A DNA stretch of 62,199 nt, counting the filler, from Gonapodya sp. JEL0774 (lineage: Eukaryota): assembly GCA_027604505.1 (NCBI GenBank). It is 19 parts of 19 records of this genome, joined end to end, with 100 filler letters (N's around TTAATTAATTAA, not from the genome) between each part and the next. Parts side by side here need not be neighbours in the genome. Positions count along the whole stretch, not along the records: positions 23,017 to 26,196 come from JADIIX010001417.1; positions 26,297 to 29,475 come from JADIIX010001418.1; positions 29,576 to 32,751 come from JADIIX010001419.1; positions 32,852 to 36,026 come from JADIIX010001420.1; 15 more parts are not named here. One strand, 5' to 3'. Made by a program: the position numbers and the translations under genes. This document shows, one piece after another, positions 23,839-36,126 of this stretch (position 1 is the first letter of the stretch; each line of letters opens with the position of its first letter). Under the pieces are notes generated by a model. It made no database searches, was not told the DNA's origin, and saw nothing but the letters and a program-made list of their open reading frames with translations.

Positions 23839-25303
23839 ATGCAGGACGACGAGCACAATGCGTTCTTCGACCGTTCGAATGATAAGACGACGCAGAAGAG
23901 GAAAAGGGACAGTTCTAATCACTCTAAGCCCATGACGACGGAAGAGACACAGGTTATGGTAAACTGGTGAGTTGTGGGGGGTGCTGTTGTGCAATACGTG
24001 CAAAATCAAGTCGGATAAATGAGACCACTTGAACACATAAGGATTGGGATCCCAAAGAACTACCAATCAACCATTGCTCCAGTTCAGGCTGACAAGCCTT
24101 GGCTCCGACTGCAGGCGGAATGTGTGCCAACGCTGGACCGTTTCACCACGGATCAACTCAAGAAGAGGTGGAGCAACCTCAAGGCAAAGTACGGTGAAGC
24201 AAAGAAGCAGAGCAAGCAGTCAGGCTGGGGAATCGGAGAGGATGGGTTATCTGAGGATGAGGAAACAAGTGAGTAATGCCTGTTCTCGCATCACTGGGAA
24301 TGTGCAGCTACCCCATTCAAGGGTTCTCTGCTTTGTCAATAGTCAACCAAAAACTCAACAAGATATGCTGGGGATTTTACCCTGATCTGGAGCGTATTCT
24401 CTGTGACAACCCGTCTTTTGAACCTCCATCAACGGGCCAGTCGGCAATCCCCCCGAAGGAACCTACCAAGAGCAGCGCCTTGGAGAGCGACTCAGAGGAT
24501 GAACCAACTGGAACTGACCCCGACGAATCTGGGCTCTCGGATGCTGAACAGGACGAGAGGAGGAGGAGGAAGGTCGCGAGGGAGGTTCCCACTCCCACCC
24601 CAGTTGTGACGACTCGCAAACAACCCCAAAAGAAGAACAAGTCAAAGCCACCAAAAGCTGTAGTGAAGAGAACAGCACAGGCAGCAGTGGGGTCCACCGG
24701 TCCAATGCCCACCCCCACCCCCGCGGTTCCAGTAACTCCGTCGCCGTATGTCACAAAACCAGCGAGACCCAGCACTAGCTCCATTTTTGACAGCTACGGA
24801 CGAGTAATGGCGGAATCAAACCAGCAAAAGCTCCAGTTGATACGTGAGAAGCTCCAGTTCAAGGAGCGTCAATGGAAAGATGAACATGCTCTCAAGCTCT
24901 TGATGGCACAGAACGAGAACATGAGGTTGCAGCTGCAGATGCAAAAGTAAGTGACTCGTTTTGAAGTCAAATGGCCATGTTTATTTTGAATTTCAGCTGT
25001 TTGGCTAACTGGAGTCTCTGTTGTCTTAGCCAACAGAACGCTGTGGCTCCTATCCAACCACATTTCTATGGAGCTCCCCAGCATGGTGGCAACCAGCTCT
25101 TTGCAGCGTCAGCACCATTAACAACCAGAGTGTGGAACATGTCGGAACTGCCCGCTAGGGGTGCTTCTTTCAGTCAGCACCAGGGCGTCAGTCAGCACCA
25201 GGACCACCAGCAAATGATGCACGGGGAGTTTGCTTCACCCAATCAGTTTCTGGGAGGTGGGGATCAGGGTTGGAACCAGGAGAATGAAGGGAAAGAGTTT
25301 TAG
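23839..25303 (+). CDS. Myb/SANT-like DNA-binding protein of the Harbinger element
   Basis: Spliced MTTEETQVMVNW-IGIPKNY..FTTDQLKKRWSNLKAKYGEAKKQSKQSGWG..KLNKICWGFYPDLERIL, then an acidic/Pro-rich linker and a C-terminal coiled coil. Confidence 0.78.
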
Positions 25304-25452
25304 ACCAGTGAACGTTTGCTTGTTGTCAATGACCGCTGCTTATGAGTGTACGCTACTATCAAATAACATTGTCCTTCAAATATGAACACAAGGTGCCGTT
25401 CAATTAAGCTCAATTGTTCAATGTTACAAAGATCAAGCACATGATTCTGGTT

Positions 25453-26196
25453 TTAGCAAATTGGAAGTACATAGCCAGGTCCCATGTTAAGAGGCTCAGG
25501 TCGCCCTTCATGATCAGCCACCCACTGCACAACCTCTGCGGTTATTCGTGCCCTCCTCGCCTCCGCTGACACATCCTCCACCTGTCCCCATCCCGGAACT
25601 TCTGGTGCCACCTCTACCTCCCGGTCCAGCTCCCATACATCACCCTCCTTCAACAAGAAATTGTGAAGGATAATACAGCATCGAATCCACAACACCAGTC
25701 GGTTGAAGTCTTGTTGTCCTATGAGAAGGTGACGAAGTCCCCTCAAACATCCACAACGCCCCTTCATTTGACCATTTGCGTGTTCGGACTTCACTCGGGA
25801 TCCAGAGTGGTGACGGTTTAGAATTGAATTGTCAGGGAGATTGGCTGCCGGCAGTTTGATGATGGGAATGACGTTCGGCGTGAGAGGATACGCGCTGTCC
25901 GCAAGGATGTACTCGTCAGCCGAGAAGAAACGTTCGGTATGGGTTGCCAATGGGGAGTTGTAATAGATGGGAGCATCGTGGGCAGAAGATGGGAATCCCA
26001 CAAAGAAGGCTGTGACGAGGCAAGACCAGATGACAACAAGCTGAACTTGTACGCCATACTGCTTGTGACGATCAAACCACGTTTCTCCTTCATGAGAAGA
26101 AAACCGATCAGCTCACACTTTGCCTTTGTGTAGACATACCAAGAACACACAAACTTACCGGCAAGCGAAGGTTTACGCACAAGTGTCAAAGCGCTA
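25453..26196 (-). CDS. Harbinger/HARBI1-like DDE_Tnp_4 transposase, C-terminal part
   Basis: WFDRHKQYGVQVQLV..GFPSSAHD..YILADSAYPL..NRHHSGSRVKSEHANGQMKGR..IRCCIILHNFL. Confidence 0.92.
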
Positions 26197-26296
26197 NNNN
26201 NNNNNNNNNNNNNNNNNNNNNNNNNNNNNNNNNNNNNNNNTTAATTAATTAANNNNNNNNNNNNNNNNNNNNNNNNNNNNNNNNNNNNNNNNNNNN

Positions 26297-27329
26297 AAAG
26301 TCCAGCACATCGCTGCAGGAGGACCACATGTGGCAAAAGGTAACTGCCAGATCGAATTTTGCAGAAAACTCTGGCTGACTCAGGTAAGCGGGAAGTGAAA
26401 TTGTTTCGCTTTGTCAGCGGTCGGTAAAGCCAGGTGGTTCATTTTGACTTCTCAGGCTCCAGACGCTTCGGAAGCACTCTCCAATATGGCTTACTTCCAG
26501 GTTAAGCGAGATCTTTTAATGGGGCTCTTATGCAGCACAACGGAGCTGCAGGCAGACCAGATGGATGGCGTAATGGAAGTTTTGGCTCTGATGATCAGGA
26601 TACAAGTGCCGGCATCCGAGATTTCCAAGGCAAGCAACAAACTGGATCAGTGAGTGATTGAGAGCACTAGCCTCTTTGCCCAAGAAATACGATACACTCA
26701 CGTCATCCTTGCCGCGTACGTACATAGGCTTCTTCGACCCTTTATTCCTGATATCATCTACAAGTCCTGGACTCAATCCACCCCACCTCATGAAATCATC
26801 TCTCGCCTTGAGCGCGCACTCACAAGTATCCAATCTCTTTCCGAATCTGAATCTAAGCACCGGTTTATCAGCCTCGTTAAGCTTTGGGAGCTCTTTGGAA
26901 CCACTATCTTTGTTGTTCGGGCAAGCAACGACCCCAGATTCTCCAATGGTGGAATGCTGTGCGTGGATGCAGAAGGCGTAAAAGTACTTAAAACTGAAAC
27001 CAGGGAGGTGGTGGCGAATTATGGTTACGATGAAATTATCAACTTCAGATACGAGTGAGTTAAGAGCCTGGAGGATTTACTGTGGCATTCCTACGAGAGT
27101 GAGGACACTAATCGTCGAATCCCCTTGACTTCTCCCCAGTGAAAACGAATTTGTGATGCGGACAGGGGACATGATGCAAAAGAGAGTCATCCGTTTCCAG
27201 ACCAATCAGGGCTTCGTTATCGCGGACTTGATTCATTCGTATGTGCAATACCATTTGAGACAGAATGGTGTAGCAGGAGGTGCGGTGACTCGGGGCGAAA
27301 GTAGTCAGGAGATAAACAGAGCTGTGTGA
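26297..27329 (+). CDS. Protein with C-terminal FERM (F2/F3)-like domain, e.g. a MyTH4-FERM-type tail; 5' truncated
   Basis: SESESKHRFISLVKLWELFGTTIFVV..LCVDAEGVKVL..YGYDEIINF..IRFQTNQGFVIADLIHSYV; stop at 27327-27329. Confidence 0.7.
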
Positions 27330-27493
27330 GCTTAATCTGGGTAGAGGGAGCGTACATGTTCGACAGTGGCAATGGATGTATATCAAACAAAACGCAACAT
27401 CGTGAGACATATCTATCGCAAGCCGTAGATGGGAAAGCGATGTGTAAAGAGAGTCCGCAGTATCCATTCATTGTGCGATGCGTTTCGGCGTGT

Positions 27494-28892
27494 TCATTTC
27501 ACTTCGTTTCGTCGCGCAAGCATGGAAATGGCGTAGAGGCATCGGAGAACTACAGCACCCCCAAACACGAAAGACGAACAGTGAAACCAGATTCCCAAGT
27601 GCGGGGATTTGTATGAATTATCTTCCAACCACCAGTGGACGACTCACTTGCCACCGCCTCTCCTCCGACCACATCCGACGGCTGTATCCTCGCAGTTTCT
27701 GCATTCCAGTCTCTCATGATCTGCAAAGCCAAGGACACATTGTCCAGCTTCTCGTCACGCGTGCGGGGTAATGCGTGATAGTGAGAGAACGGTACAAAAA
27801 AGCTGCAAACGTGACCAAGTAGGAAGATGAGAAAGCGCTGGTAGGAGGAAGGAGGTTTGTAAACTGAGAGAGAGTGACAGCATAAACGAACGACTTTAAC
27901 AAAGCATCCTTCATGGAGATGGTCAGAATCGTAAGGCTTTTCATCGGAGCCTGAAAATGATACTCGCTACTTCCATGCACGGCGTCTGCGAACTGCATGT
28001 GGTACATACCCCATCTGAAAACTCGTTTAACGAGTTCACTACAATACCTGTATCAGCAAACCTCACGTTCACGAAACGAATCATCAGCTCGGTAATCTTC
28101 GCAGCCTTTTCCACCGAACCCTTTGCCAAGAGCTCGTCAAAGGCGTCCCGAGTGGGTGGCGAGCCGAGGTATTGAGCAGACGTAGGTAAAGGTGGTTCGT
28201 TGGACGAGGTAAGTTTGGTAATGACCGTTCGCGTGCGGAAGTCGCCATTGCCCAAGTCCTGGGGTAGATAATGAGAGAATCATTACAAGGTGAATAGCAG
28301 AACAAAATTGTTTTTGGAAGTACGAGAGAAGCCTCTCGTGAACTGCTCGTAAATAAACTGGGAAGGTCCACTGAATGAAATCATGAAACGCGAGTGCCTA
28401 CCTCCCTCTTCACCACTGCTACCGAAACATTACTTGGCAGAGCTACTGGGGCCCTCACTGCTTTCACCAATTCCACCAATAGACTGAGAGCGGAAACGTG
28501 GTCACGGTTGACCACACCGTCGGCAGTCCAAGGACCAGGGCCAAGACCCAAATGCGTCATGGCATGTGCAATTGCAGAGTGAACTTTCGTTTGCCGGGCT
28601 GGAATAAGTGTGAATTGAGAAGCGGCGGGACTCGCGCAATGGTGACCTACTCACCAACAACACTGAGCCCGACGCTTCCCGTCTCCACGACGGGCACTCC
28701 ACTCAATCTTCCAACGAGCATACCCAGCACCGCCCCGTCGGACAAATCGGAGACCGCGTCTCGAATTTCCGGAGCGTCGCCCGTTGGTCGCAAGATGTCA
28801 TTAATCCAGAGAACGAGAAGTTGATTGAGCCGTTTCAGATGGGGGTCGTTTTGACTTGATGCGTGCAGAGTTATGGCGGGGAGGTCAGACAT
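27494..28892 (-). CDS. PARV: Parvin homolog (tandem calponin-homology domains)
   Basis: Spliced: DPHLKRLNQLLVLWINDIL..DLSDGAVL..SLLVELVKAVRAPVALPSNVSVAVVKRE..RDAFDELL..LMIRFVN..EFSDG..FLIFLLG..FFVPFSHY..EKLDNVSLALQIM..IQPSDVV..ILRCLYAI. Colinear with recalled alpha-parvin motifs (WINDVL, RAPIRLP, RDAFDTLF, QFADG, YFVPL, NVSFAFELM, LRVLYNL). Confidence 0.88.
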
Positions 28893-29575
28893 TTTCGGAT
28901 TGTAATGGTGCGCTCTTGGACATAAAATGAGGTTTGCGGGTGGAGGAATAATGGAAATATTGTGGCCGGGAACTCGTTCATGCAGGATCGGGAGATTTCA
29001 GATGAGGTGTGCACCACATCCAGTTCGCAGACGCCGCATAACTTGTATTGAATTTGAAAATAAGCCGCATGCATTACTAACGAAAGTTCAATCTTCAGTG
29101 TTGGCAAGCTTTCGATTACCGTGTGTGACATACTGCTGTTGCGTGCTAGCAGGCCAACCAACTCTTCTTCAAGGCCAATATGCAGACATGATACGTGCTG
29201 TTTTCGTGGTACAAATAATAATTATCCACGACATAAGCGTCCAACATCAATATCTAAATCGCTGACAATGCCGTGGTAGTGAGCTGATCTATGATTGTTC
29301 TACACGATCAAAAGGCTCACATGAAGAATGCTTCAGTTCATGGAGTGATTGGAAATGGCCGCATCTCGCAAAAAGAGCCCAGGGTCATACAGAATCAATA
29401 GTGGCTGGATGAGTGCCATTCTAGAGTGAATCGATTTTCACACGCAGATTCCGTGGTGAGTAGTCGACTAGTTTANNNNNNNNNNNNNNNNNNNNNNNNN
29501 NNNNNNNNNNNNNNNNNNNTTAATTAATTAANNNNNNNNNNNNNNNNNNNNNNNNNNNNNNNNNNNNNNNNNNNN

Positions 29576-32139
29576 TCTTTGATATGGTCTTCGGCTACAG
29601 TGGGGTTGTTAAGCGAGAGCTCAATGGCACTGAGGCGAAGGGAGGCTACCACGCCGAAGAGTTTGAGAATTTGACACTTGTGAGACCCAAACAACTCAAC
29701 TCACCATCCGCGTACATCGGATGAATTTCCAATATCAGCTTGTACATATTTTTTGCCTTCTCCGTCTCACCTTTGGCTTCGTTCAACCTCGCAATGTTGT
29801 ACCTGACTGTGATGATCTCATCCCTCGTCGTAGTATCCATCGTTCCACCAGCCATCTCCGCGGCACTGGTAGCGTGAGATAGCCCGCGTAGGTAATACAG
29901 TTCCGCCCGGTCCAAGTTCTCGTCGCTGCTGGTGTCAAGGTGGGCCAAGACAGCCAGGTTGTTGAACAGGGCCAGCGGGATCCGAGCACCTTCGGTGCTT
30001 TCCAGCAACGCCAACGCCCTTTCCAGTGCAACGAAGGCGGATTTGACGTTGCCTTGCTTCTGCCATACCTCGGATAGTTCGATGCACAGTTCTGGGTCGT
30101 CTAGGAGGTCCGTGTCTGGACCCGGGTGCTTGGAGCCGTGCTGGTTTTCGTATCGACGGGCTAAAAGACGGTGGAGGGTAGTCCACTTGTCCAGGGCCCG
30201 GGATGGGTCAGAGGAAAGGGCGTGGATGGAGATCGCGAGCTGTAGGAAAGATATGCGAACGGGCGCAAAACGTCTGCAGATTGCAAGAATGCCCTCATCT
30301 GCGCATGTCCCACCACTCGAACCCACCTTCAGCACCTCCTCATCCTCCGGCCTAGTCTCCAACACCCCTTCGATCTCCCCCGCCGCCAACCCGATCTCCC
30401 CTCGCTGCACCAAACACCTCGCCAGCCCCACTTTCGCCTTGATGATCTTGTTATCCTTTGCCACCGCCGCCCTGTACAACGACTCTGCCTCGGGATACTG
30501 GCCGGCCCGATGGGACAATTTCCCCCGCTGGAACAGAGACTCGGCTTGCAGCGCGGCGATCTCCGAGGTGTCGTGTGCTGCGCGGAGAAAAGTGCGAGCG
30601 AGGTCGGTCTCGTCGCGGGCCATGGCGATGATGCCCTTGAAGAGGCTTACGATGCCCGTGGTGGGCGGTGGAGGGCCGGAAGGAGCCGGTACACCGTTTT
30701 CTGTCAGGTTGGTGCGCTCCTTGTCCGCCGCAGCGAGCACCTCCAAATGCCTCATGGCGCGATCGAGTGCCTGTTTACCTCTCGCGTGTCCACCCTGCGC
30801 ACCGTCCCCGCTGATCCTCTTGTACTCGTTGAATTCCATCTGCATCAACACACCTCTCGCAGCGTGGCAGTTCCCGTCCATGTCCAAGGCGCGCTCGAAA
30901 GCATTTTTAGCCAGATTGGTGTGTCCGAGACGGAGGAGGCACATGCCTATGCCGAGACGGGGGTTGGGGGAGCTGGATTCAGGTAAAGAGAGTAACGTCA
31001 GATGGAACAGGGAGATTGCTGAGCGGTAGTCGCCCCGGTAAAAGTGGATGAGGGCCTAGAAGTTCCGGAAAGAAGTGCGTGTGAGTCCGGTTAAGGGTTG
31101 GAATAGTGGAAATGGAGGCACCGCAAACAGTATGTTCGAGTAAGAGGCCTCTGGTGTGTCGTTGTCAAAACACTGCCAATGATGTTGAACTCACCTGCCC
31201 CACCACCGCAGGCACACACCCTCCATACCTATTCACCACACTACCCATCTCCCCGACGGCCCTATTCACACTCTCGTCCCAAGGTTTTCGCTCCCCGAGT
31301 CTCCCGACCTGGTTCAACGCCTTGACCAGCTGGGTGATGAGGTTCTTGGCCTCGATGGTCTCAGCGGTGTTGAGCGAGGAAGTGAAGAGGGGGAGGTTGG
31401 GGACGCGGTGGACGGAGAGGTGATGGGCCAGGGAGGCGTGGAGGAGGAGGGAAGGGGTCGGAGGGTTGGGAGGGCGAGCTGGAGGAAGACAGGTTTAGTA
31501 AAGGAAGTGCAAGTATTTTCGGTGTGACTCAAAGTCCAGCTTTAATTTGGAGACCCGTATTGTGATCCCGGCAACTTTGGCATGTTTCTGACACCAGATG
31601 TGTGTCTAAACCATCCAACGATCAACTGAGAACTCACCCACAGCCGCCTCCACACCCTTTTGCAAAAATATAAGGGCCATTGCGGGTTGGTTTCGTTTGT
31701 AGCATTCGAGCTGCAGTCAAAGAGGTAGTGGAGGATGTGAACGTTTGAGCGTGTGGGTCAGTCAATGCGACAGACGCGATGTGAACTCATTAGAGACATA
31801 GGAGTCAACCATATTTTTGGGTCCTCCGTTCATGTAATTCCCGATTGCGGGTGCCCTCGTTCACCCACGTGAAGGTCTATCAACCACTTTGCCGCCTGCA
31901 GGCACTCTGGGTATAAACTTGCTACCCGCGCGACACGAAGTCGCAAATTCCTCAGTCGAACGCACCGCAAACATCAGATAAAACGAGACCTGACTCTTCT
32001 CCTGTTCTAGGATTGGCAGCACATCGTCGACGAATCCTTCCTCGATTTGGTCCGCAAGAGGCACTTCAAGCACCTCCGAGTCCTCCCCCTCGGTGGTCAG
32101 GGGGATCTCGATTGCCTGCAGTGGCGGGCAGAGACTCAT
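29576..32139 (-). CDS. CTR9: Paf1 complex TPR subunit Ctr9, 3' truncated
   Basis: N-terminus IEIPL..EVLEV..ILEQEK..LECYK; TPRs including PRLGIGMCLLRLG..AFERAL, LFNNLAVL and ITVRYNIARLNEA..MYKLILEIHPMYAD. Confidence 0.85.
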
Positions 32140-32463
32140 GGCGGGCGGGAATGGAGCGGTGGAGATGGAAATATGTAGGAAGGAGCTCCCAATTCACGGG
32201 TCCAACGGGGATCGAATCCCTCCAAGATTCACGACTTTTCTTTCCCCGCCTCGGATTCCACTTCAACTTCTTTGAAATAAGTAAACTCCCGGGAATGGAA
32301 TGGATCTCGTCAAAGCTGCCTTATGAGTCGGAATAAGTTGACCACAGCTTCCTGTGTCAGAGGTACTGTGGTCAACGCTCCAACCAGCCTCGCATTCCTT
32401 CATCAATACTCCGTTCCCCAGTCCCTTTCATTCGACTCCTTTTCCTTCTTTATCTCTGAGTTC

Positions 32464-32751
32464 ATGTCGACACCAGAATCAAAGTCCAAATCCCTCGACT
32501 CCACCAAGAGTTCAACTACTGCTTCGTCCAAGTCGGGGCCCTCTTCTTCCACGAAGAAACCCAAGCAGTTTGCAATGATCCGCTCTCTTGCAATCGCTGA
32601 CTATATAACGCTCTGTAACGGCGTGGCAGGGGCTGTCTCCATCTTCTGTTCGGCATCGTACATGAAGACTCAGGACGTCCAGTACCTCTGGAGAGCAATC
32701 TACATGCTTCCACTTGGGTTCATTTTCGACACGTTTGATGGGCAGGTCGCT
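32464..32751 (+). CDS. CHO1: CDP-diacylglycerol-serine O-phosphatidyltransferase (PS synthase), 3' truncated
   Basis: FAMIRSLAIADYITLCNGVAG..LPLGFIFDTFDGQVA, the start of the CDP-alcohol phosphotransferase motif. Confidence 0.9.
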
Positions 32752-32851
32752 NNNNNNNNNNNNNNNNNNNNNNNNNNNNNNNNNNNNNNNNNNNNTTAAT
32801 TAATTAANNNNNNNNNNNNNNNNNNNNNNNNNNNNNNNNNNNNNNNNNNNN

Positions 32852-35704
32852 AAAGTTTTGAGGCAGCAGTTCCCACATGCGAAGAACGTGTCGGTGAATC
32901 TCGTAATGAACTCGGCGACAGTGGTGGTCCAATGGGTGGCGGAAGCTTCGGGAAATAATGATGTATCGGAACTCCGTCAAGATATTGAGCTTGCGGCACG
33001 GGATGCAGTAGATCGAGCTGGATATTCAGTTTCAGCATTCGATGTGAGGTGGACACCAGACACAACATCGATACTTGATGGAACATCCGTCAAACTCCCC
33101 ATTGCCCCTCCTCCCCGACATGAATCGCCTCAAACCAACCACCAACGGCCTCACGAAGACGAGTCGAACCCCTACATCCGTCCACTCCTCCTTTCCTCAC
33201 TCCTTACCCTCCCCATCGTCCTCCTTTCCATGTTCATCAACATGGACGCTCTCCAAAACCCCGTAGGAGCTGGTGTTCTAACTGCCAACGACGTTCTTCT
33301 TACAGTGTTGGCGACGGCAGTGATGGGCGGGCCGGGAAGGAGGTTTTGGAAGGGGGCATCGAAGTCCGTGAGAAGTGGAGGTGCGAACATGGTGAGATTG
33401 TTCCGACTCGTGCGTGGTGAAAATTGTGTGGATCCGCTCATAAAATTTTCGTGTGTGTAGGATGTTTTGGTGATCATGGGGAGTGGGGCGGTGAGTTGTC
33501 GACGTGGTTGCACATTCGGAGTGGTAGCTTGTGACTGAAGCTCAATTGTCTCCGCGAGCTCGCTAGGCGTATTTCTACTCCCTCTCATCTGTTGTGATGG
33601 CGGCAATCGCTCCTCCTTCCTCGCCGATCGACCGTTATTCACATACGCCACAAACGTCCACCATCACCGACCTTTCCTCCCCCTCACTTCAAACTCCACA
33701 CCCTCACCCTCAACACCCTCCAACCTCTTGGTTTGAAACCTCTGCTGTCCTCATCACGTTCGTCCTCCTCGGCAAACACCTCGACCATTCCGCGCGGCTC
33801 CGCGCGACCGCGGCCATCCGGCGCCTCGCCTCGGGGCTCACTTTTCCAGAAACCGTGCGCGTCGTCACTGCGGTAGACGGTTCACCCAGTGTGAGCCCGA
33901 CGATTCGGTTGGTGGATGTGAGAAAGGGGGACTTGGTCGTCGTGCCACGGGGAGGGTTGGTCCCCGTGGACGGGTTTCTCCGGAGGGGACCGATCAGCGT
34001 AGACGAGGCTCTTCTTACTGGAGAAAATACGCCAGTTGTAAAGAGGGTGGGGGATGCTGTGATCGCGGGAGGGGTGGTGGTGGAAGGGAGTGGAGTTGTG
34101 GAAACAACGCAGACCGGGGGAGAGAGGGTCATCGATGGAGTTGCTCGCATGGTGTGTTTGGAGTGCTTTGTAATCTGCATCTGATCATACCTTGCACATG
34201 ACCCTGACGACCAACTGTTCCACTAGGTCGCCCAAGCTCAACTCTCCAAATCTCCTCTCCACTCCGTCGCCGACCGCGTTGTATCCCGCTTCGTACCCAC
34301 AGTGCTCGCACTGTCTCTCTTCACGTTCACAACCTGGACGTTTGCCCCTGTCGCCTCGTTTGTGCCGCTCTCGTGGTCCCCAACGACGTTCCCCCTCGCA
34401 GCAGCTGTCTCGGTGCTCGCTATTGCGTGTCCCTGTGCATTGGGATTGGCAGTGCCTGCGGCTGTGGTGGTCGGTACCGGAGTCGCGGCTCAGGAGGGTA
34501 TCTACGTGCAGGGCGGGGCAACGGAGATGGAGAAGGCTGGGCAGGTAGGGTGCGTGGTATTTGACAAGACGGGGACGTTAACCGAGGGAAAACAGGTGGT
34601 TGTGGGATGGAAGACGATGATCGAGGGTGTTCTGGATGAGCAGGTGTTCTGGAGGTTGGTGAGTGAGGTGGAGAGCGTGTCGGAGCATCCGGTGGCAAAG
34701 GCTGTCGAGGAATTCGCGGCGCGCATGGTGGAGGGTTCGGTAGGCAAAGAGGGGGTCGGGACTGTTGTCAGCGTTCATGAAGAAGTTGGGAAGGGGCTCG
34801 TTGCGGAGATCAAAAGTCTCGGTACTTTGAGAATCGGAAGTCGTGCTTGGATGGAAGCAATCGCAGATGGGGATGAGAAGTTTCTCGACCAAGTGGAAAG
34901 CGCTTGCAAGAGCCTTCAAAGTAAAGGATCGTCTGCGGCTTTGGTAACCTTGCGCACCGAGGAGTCACCTTCTGGTTCCAAGTCGTCCAGGATCCTCGCA
35001 GTTTTCGCGCTGAGTGACACAGTGAGACCGACGACTTCAGCAGTCGTGTCACGCCTTCAACTTGAACATGGAATGCACGTGCATATAATTTCTGGCGATA
35101 CGGCGGAAGCGACGCACCATATCGCCCAGCAGCTTGGGATACCCTCTTCTCGCGTGCACGCTGGCGTCGATCCCTCGGGCAAGTCTCGAATCGTAGAGGA
35201 CCTCCACCGCATTCACGCGCCGCACCTCGTTATGTTCGTAGGAGATGGAATCAACGATGCTCCTGCCCTTGCGTCTGCTGACATAGGGGTGGCGATGCCG
35301 CGCGGCAGTCGGATGGCCATGGGAGCTGCCGGGGTGGTCCTTGGAAGAGCGGATTTGACGTTGGTGGAGAGATTCTTGGAGATCAGTGATCTTACCGTGA
35401 AGAAGATGAGGCTGAATCTGTACTGGGCGTTGTGAGTTGACGTGTTATGCTTGTGATGTTTATGCGCAGCGCCGAGCGATCGGCCGTAATGACACCTTTT
35501 TCGAACACCAGCGGGTACAATGTGGTCGGAATACCACTCGCGATGGGAGTTTTCCTTCCATTTGACTCGCATCTGTGGATCACGCCAGAGTTTGCCGGTC
35601 TGGCCATGGGACTGTCGTCCGTGAGTATTGTTGCGAGCTCCCTTCTTCTCGGGCTTCGGCGTGCCGATCAGGGACATAAATTCAAGCAAAGCGTAGTTTT
35701 GTAG
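32852..35704 (+). CDS. CCC2: P1B-type copper-transporting ATPase (Ccc2/ATP7-like), 5' truncated
   Basis: ANMDVL, FETSAVLITFVLLGK, VDEALLTGE, IACPCALGLAVP, FDKTGTLT, SEHPVA, MFVGDGINDAPALA, YNVVGIPLA, AMGLSSVS. Confidence 0.93.
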
Positions 35705-36126
35705 ATATACTTGCATTGTAGACGAGGTTAAAGACACTTGGGCGCCCAGAGTTCGCAGGTCTTACATGTAATTCAGACTCATTTCAATGCGTTGACACCA
35801 AACGTGGATCGAGTACGTAAACCCACCGCGGACGCAGCAAATTCGCTGAAATTTACGCATATCATGATGAGAATGCGACGCAGAATTTTTGAATTGACCC
35901 TCGTTGAGGGTCTGAATCGATCGAGGACGAGCATCCCAACAACAGTTACATAGAGAATAAAAGAGTGGAAGTGATGGTAGTGTGGCGAAGTCAGCGGCAT
36001 GCCTGACAGGCACACAAGGGACGAGANNNNNNNNNNNNNNNNNNNNNNNNNNNNNNNNNNNNNNNNNNNNTTAATTAATTAANNNNNNNNNNNNNNNNNN
36101 NNNNNNNNNNNNNNNNNNNNNNNNNN

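Larger units (their letters stand above)
23554..26196. mobile_element. PIF/Harbinger-superfamily DNA transposon (Myb-like gene + convergent DDE transposase), right end truncated
   Basis: Two convergent genes typical of Harbinger. Candidate left terminus AAT|GGGGGGTCTCAAAGTT at 23554, followed by clustered TGCTAT motifs. Confidence 0.8.

Noticed and set aside
29932..31029. 365-aa + strand ORF
   Set aside because: Antisense to the large GC-rich CTR9 exon; no recognisable domain.
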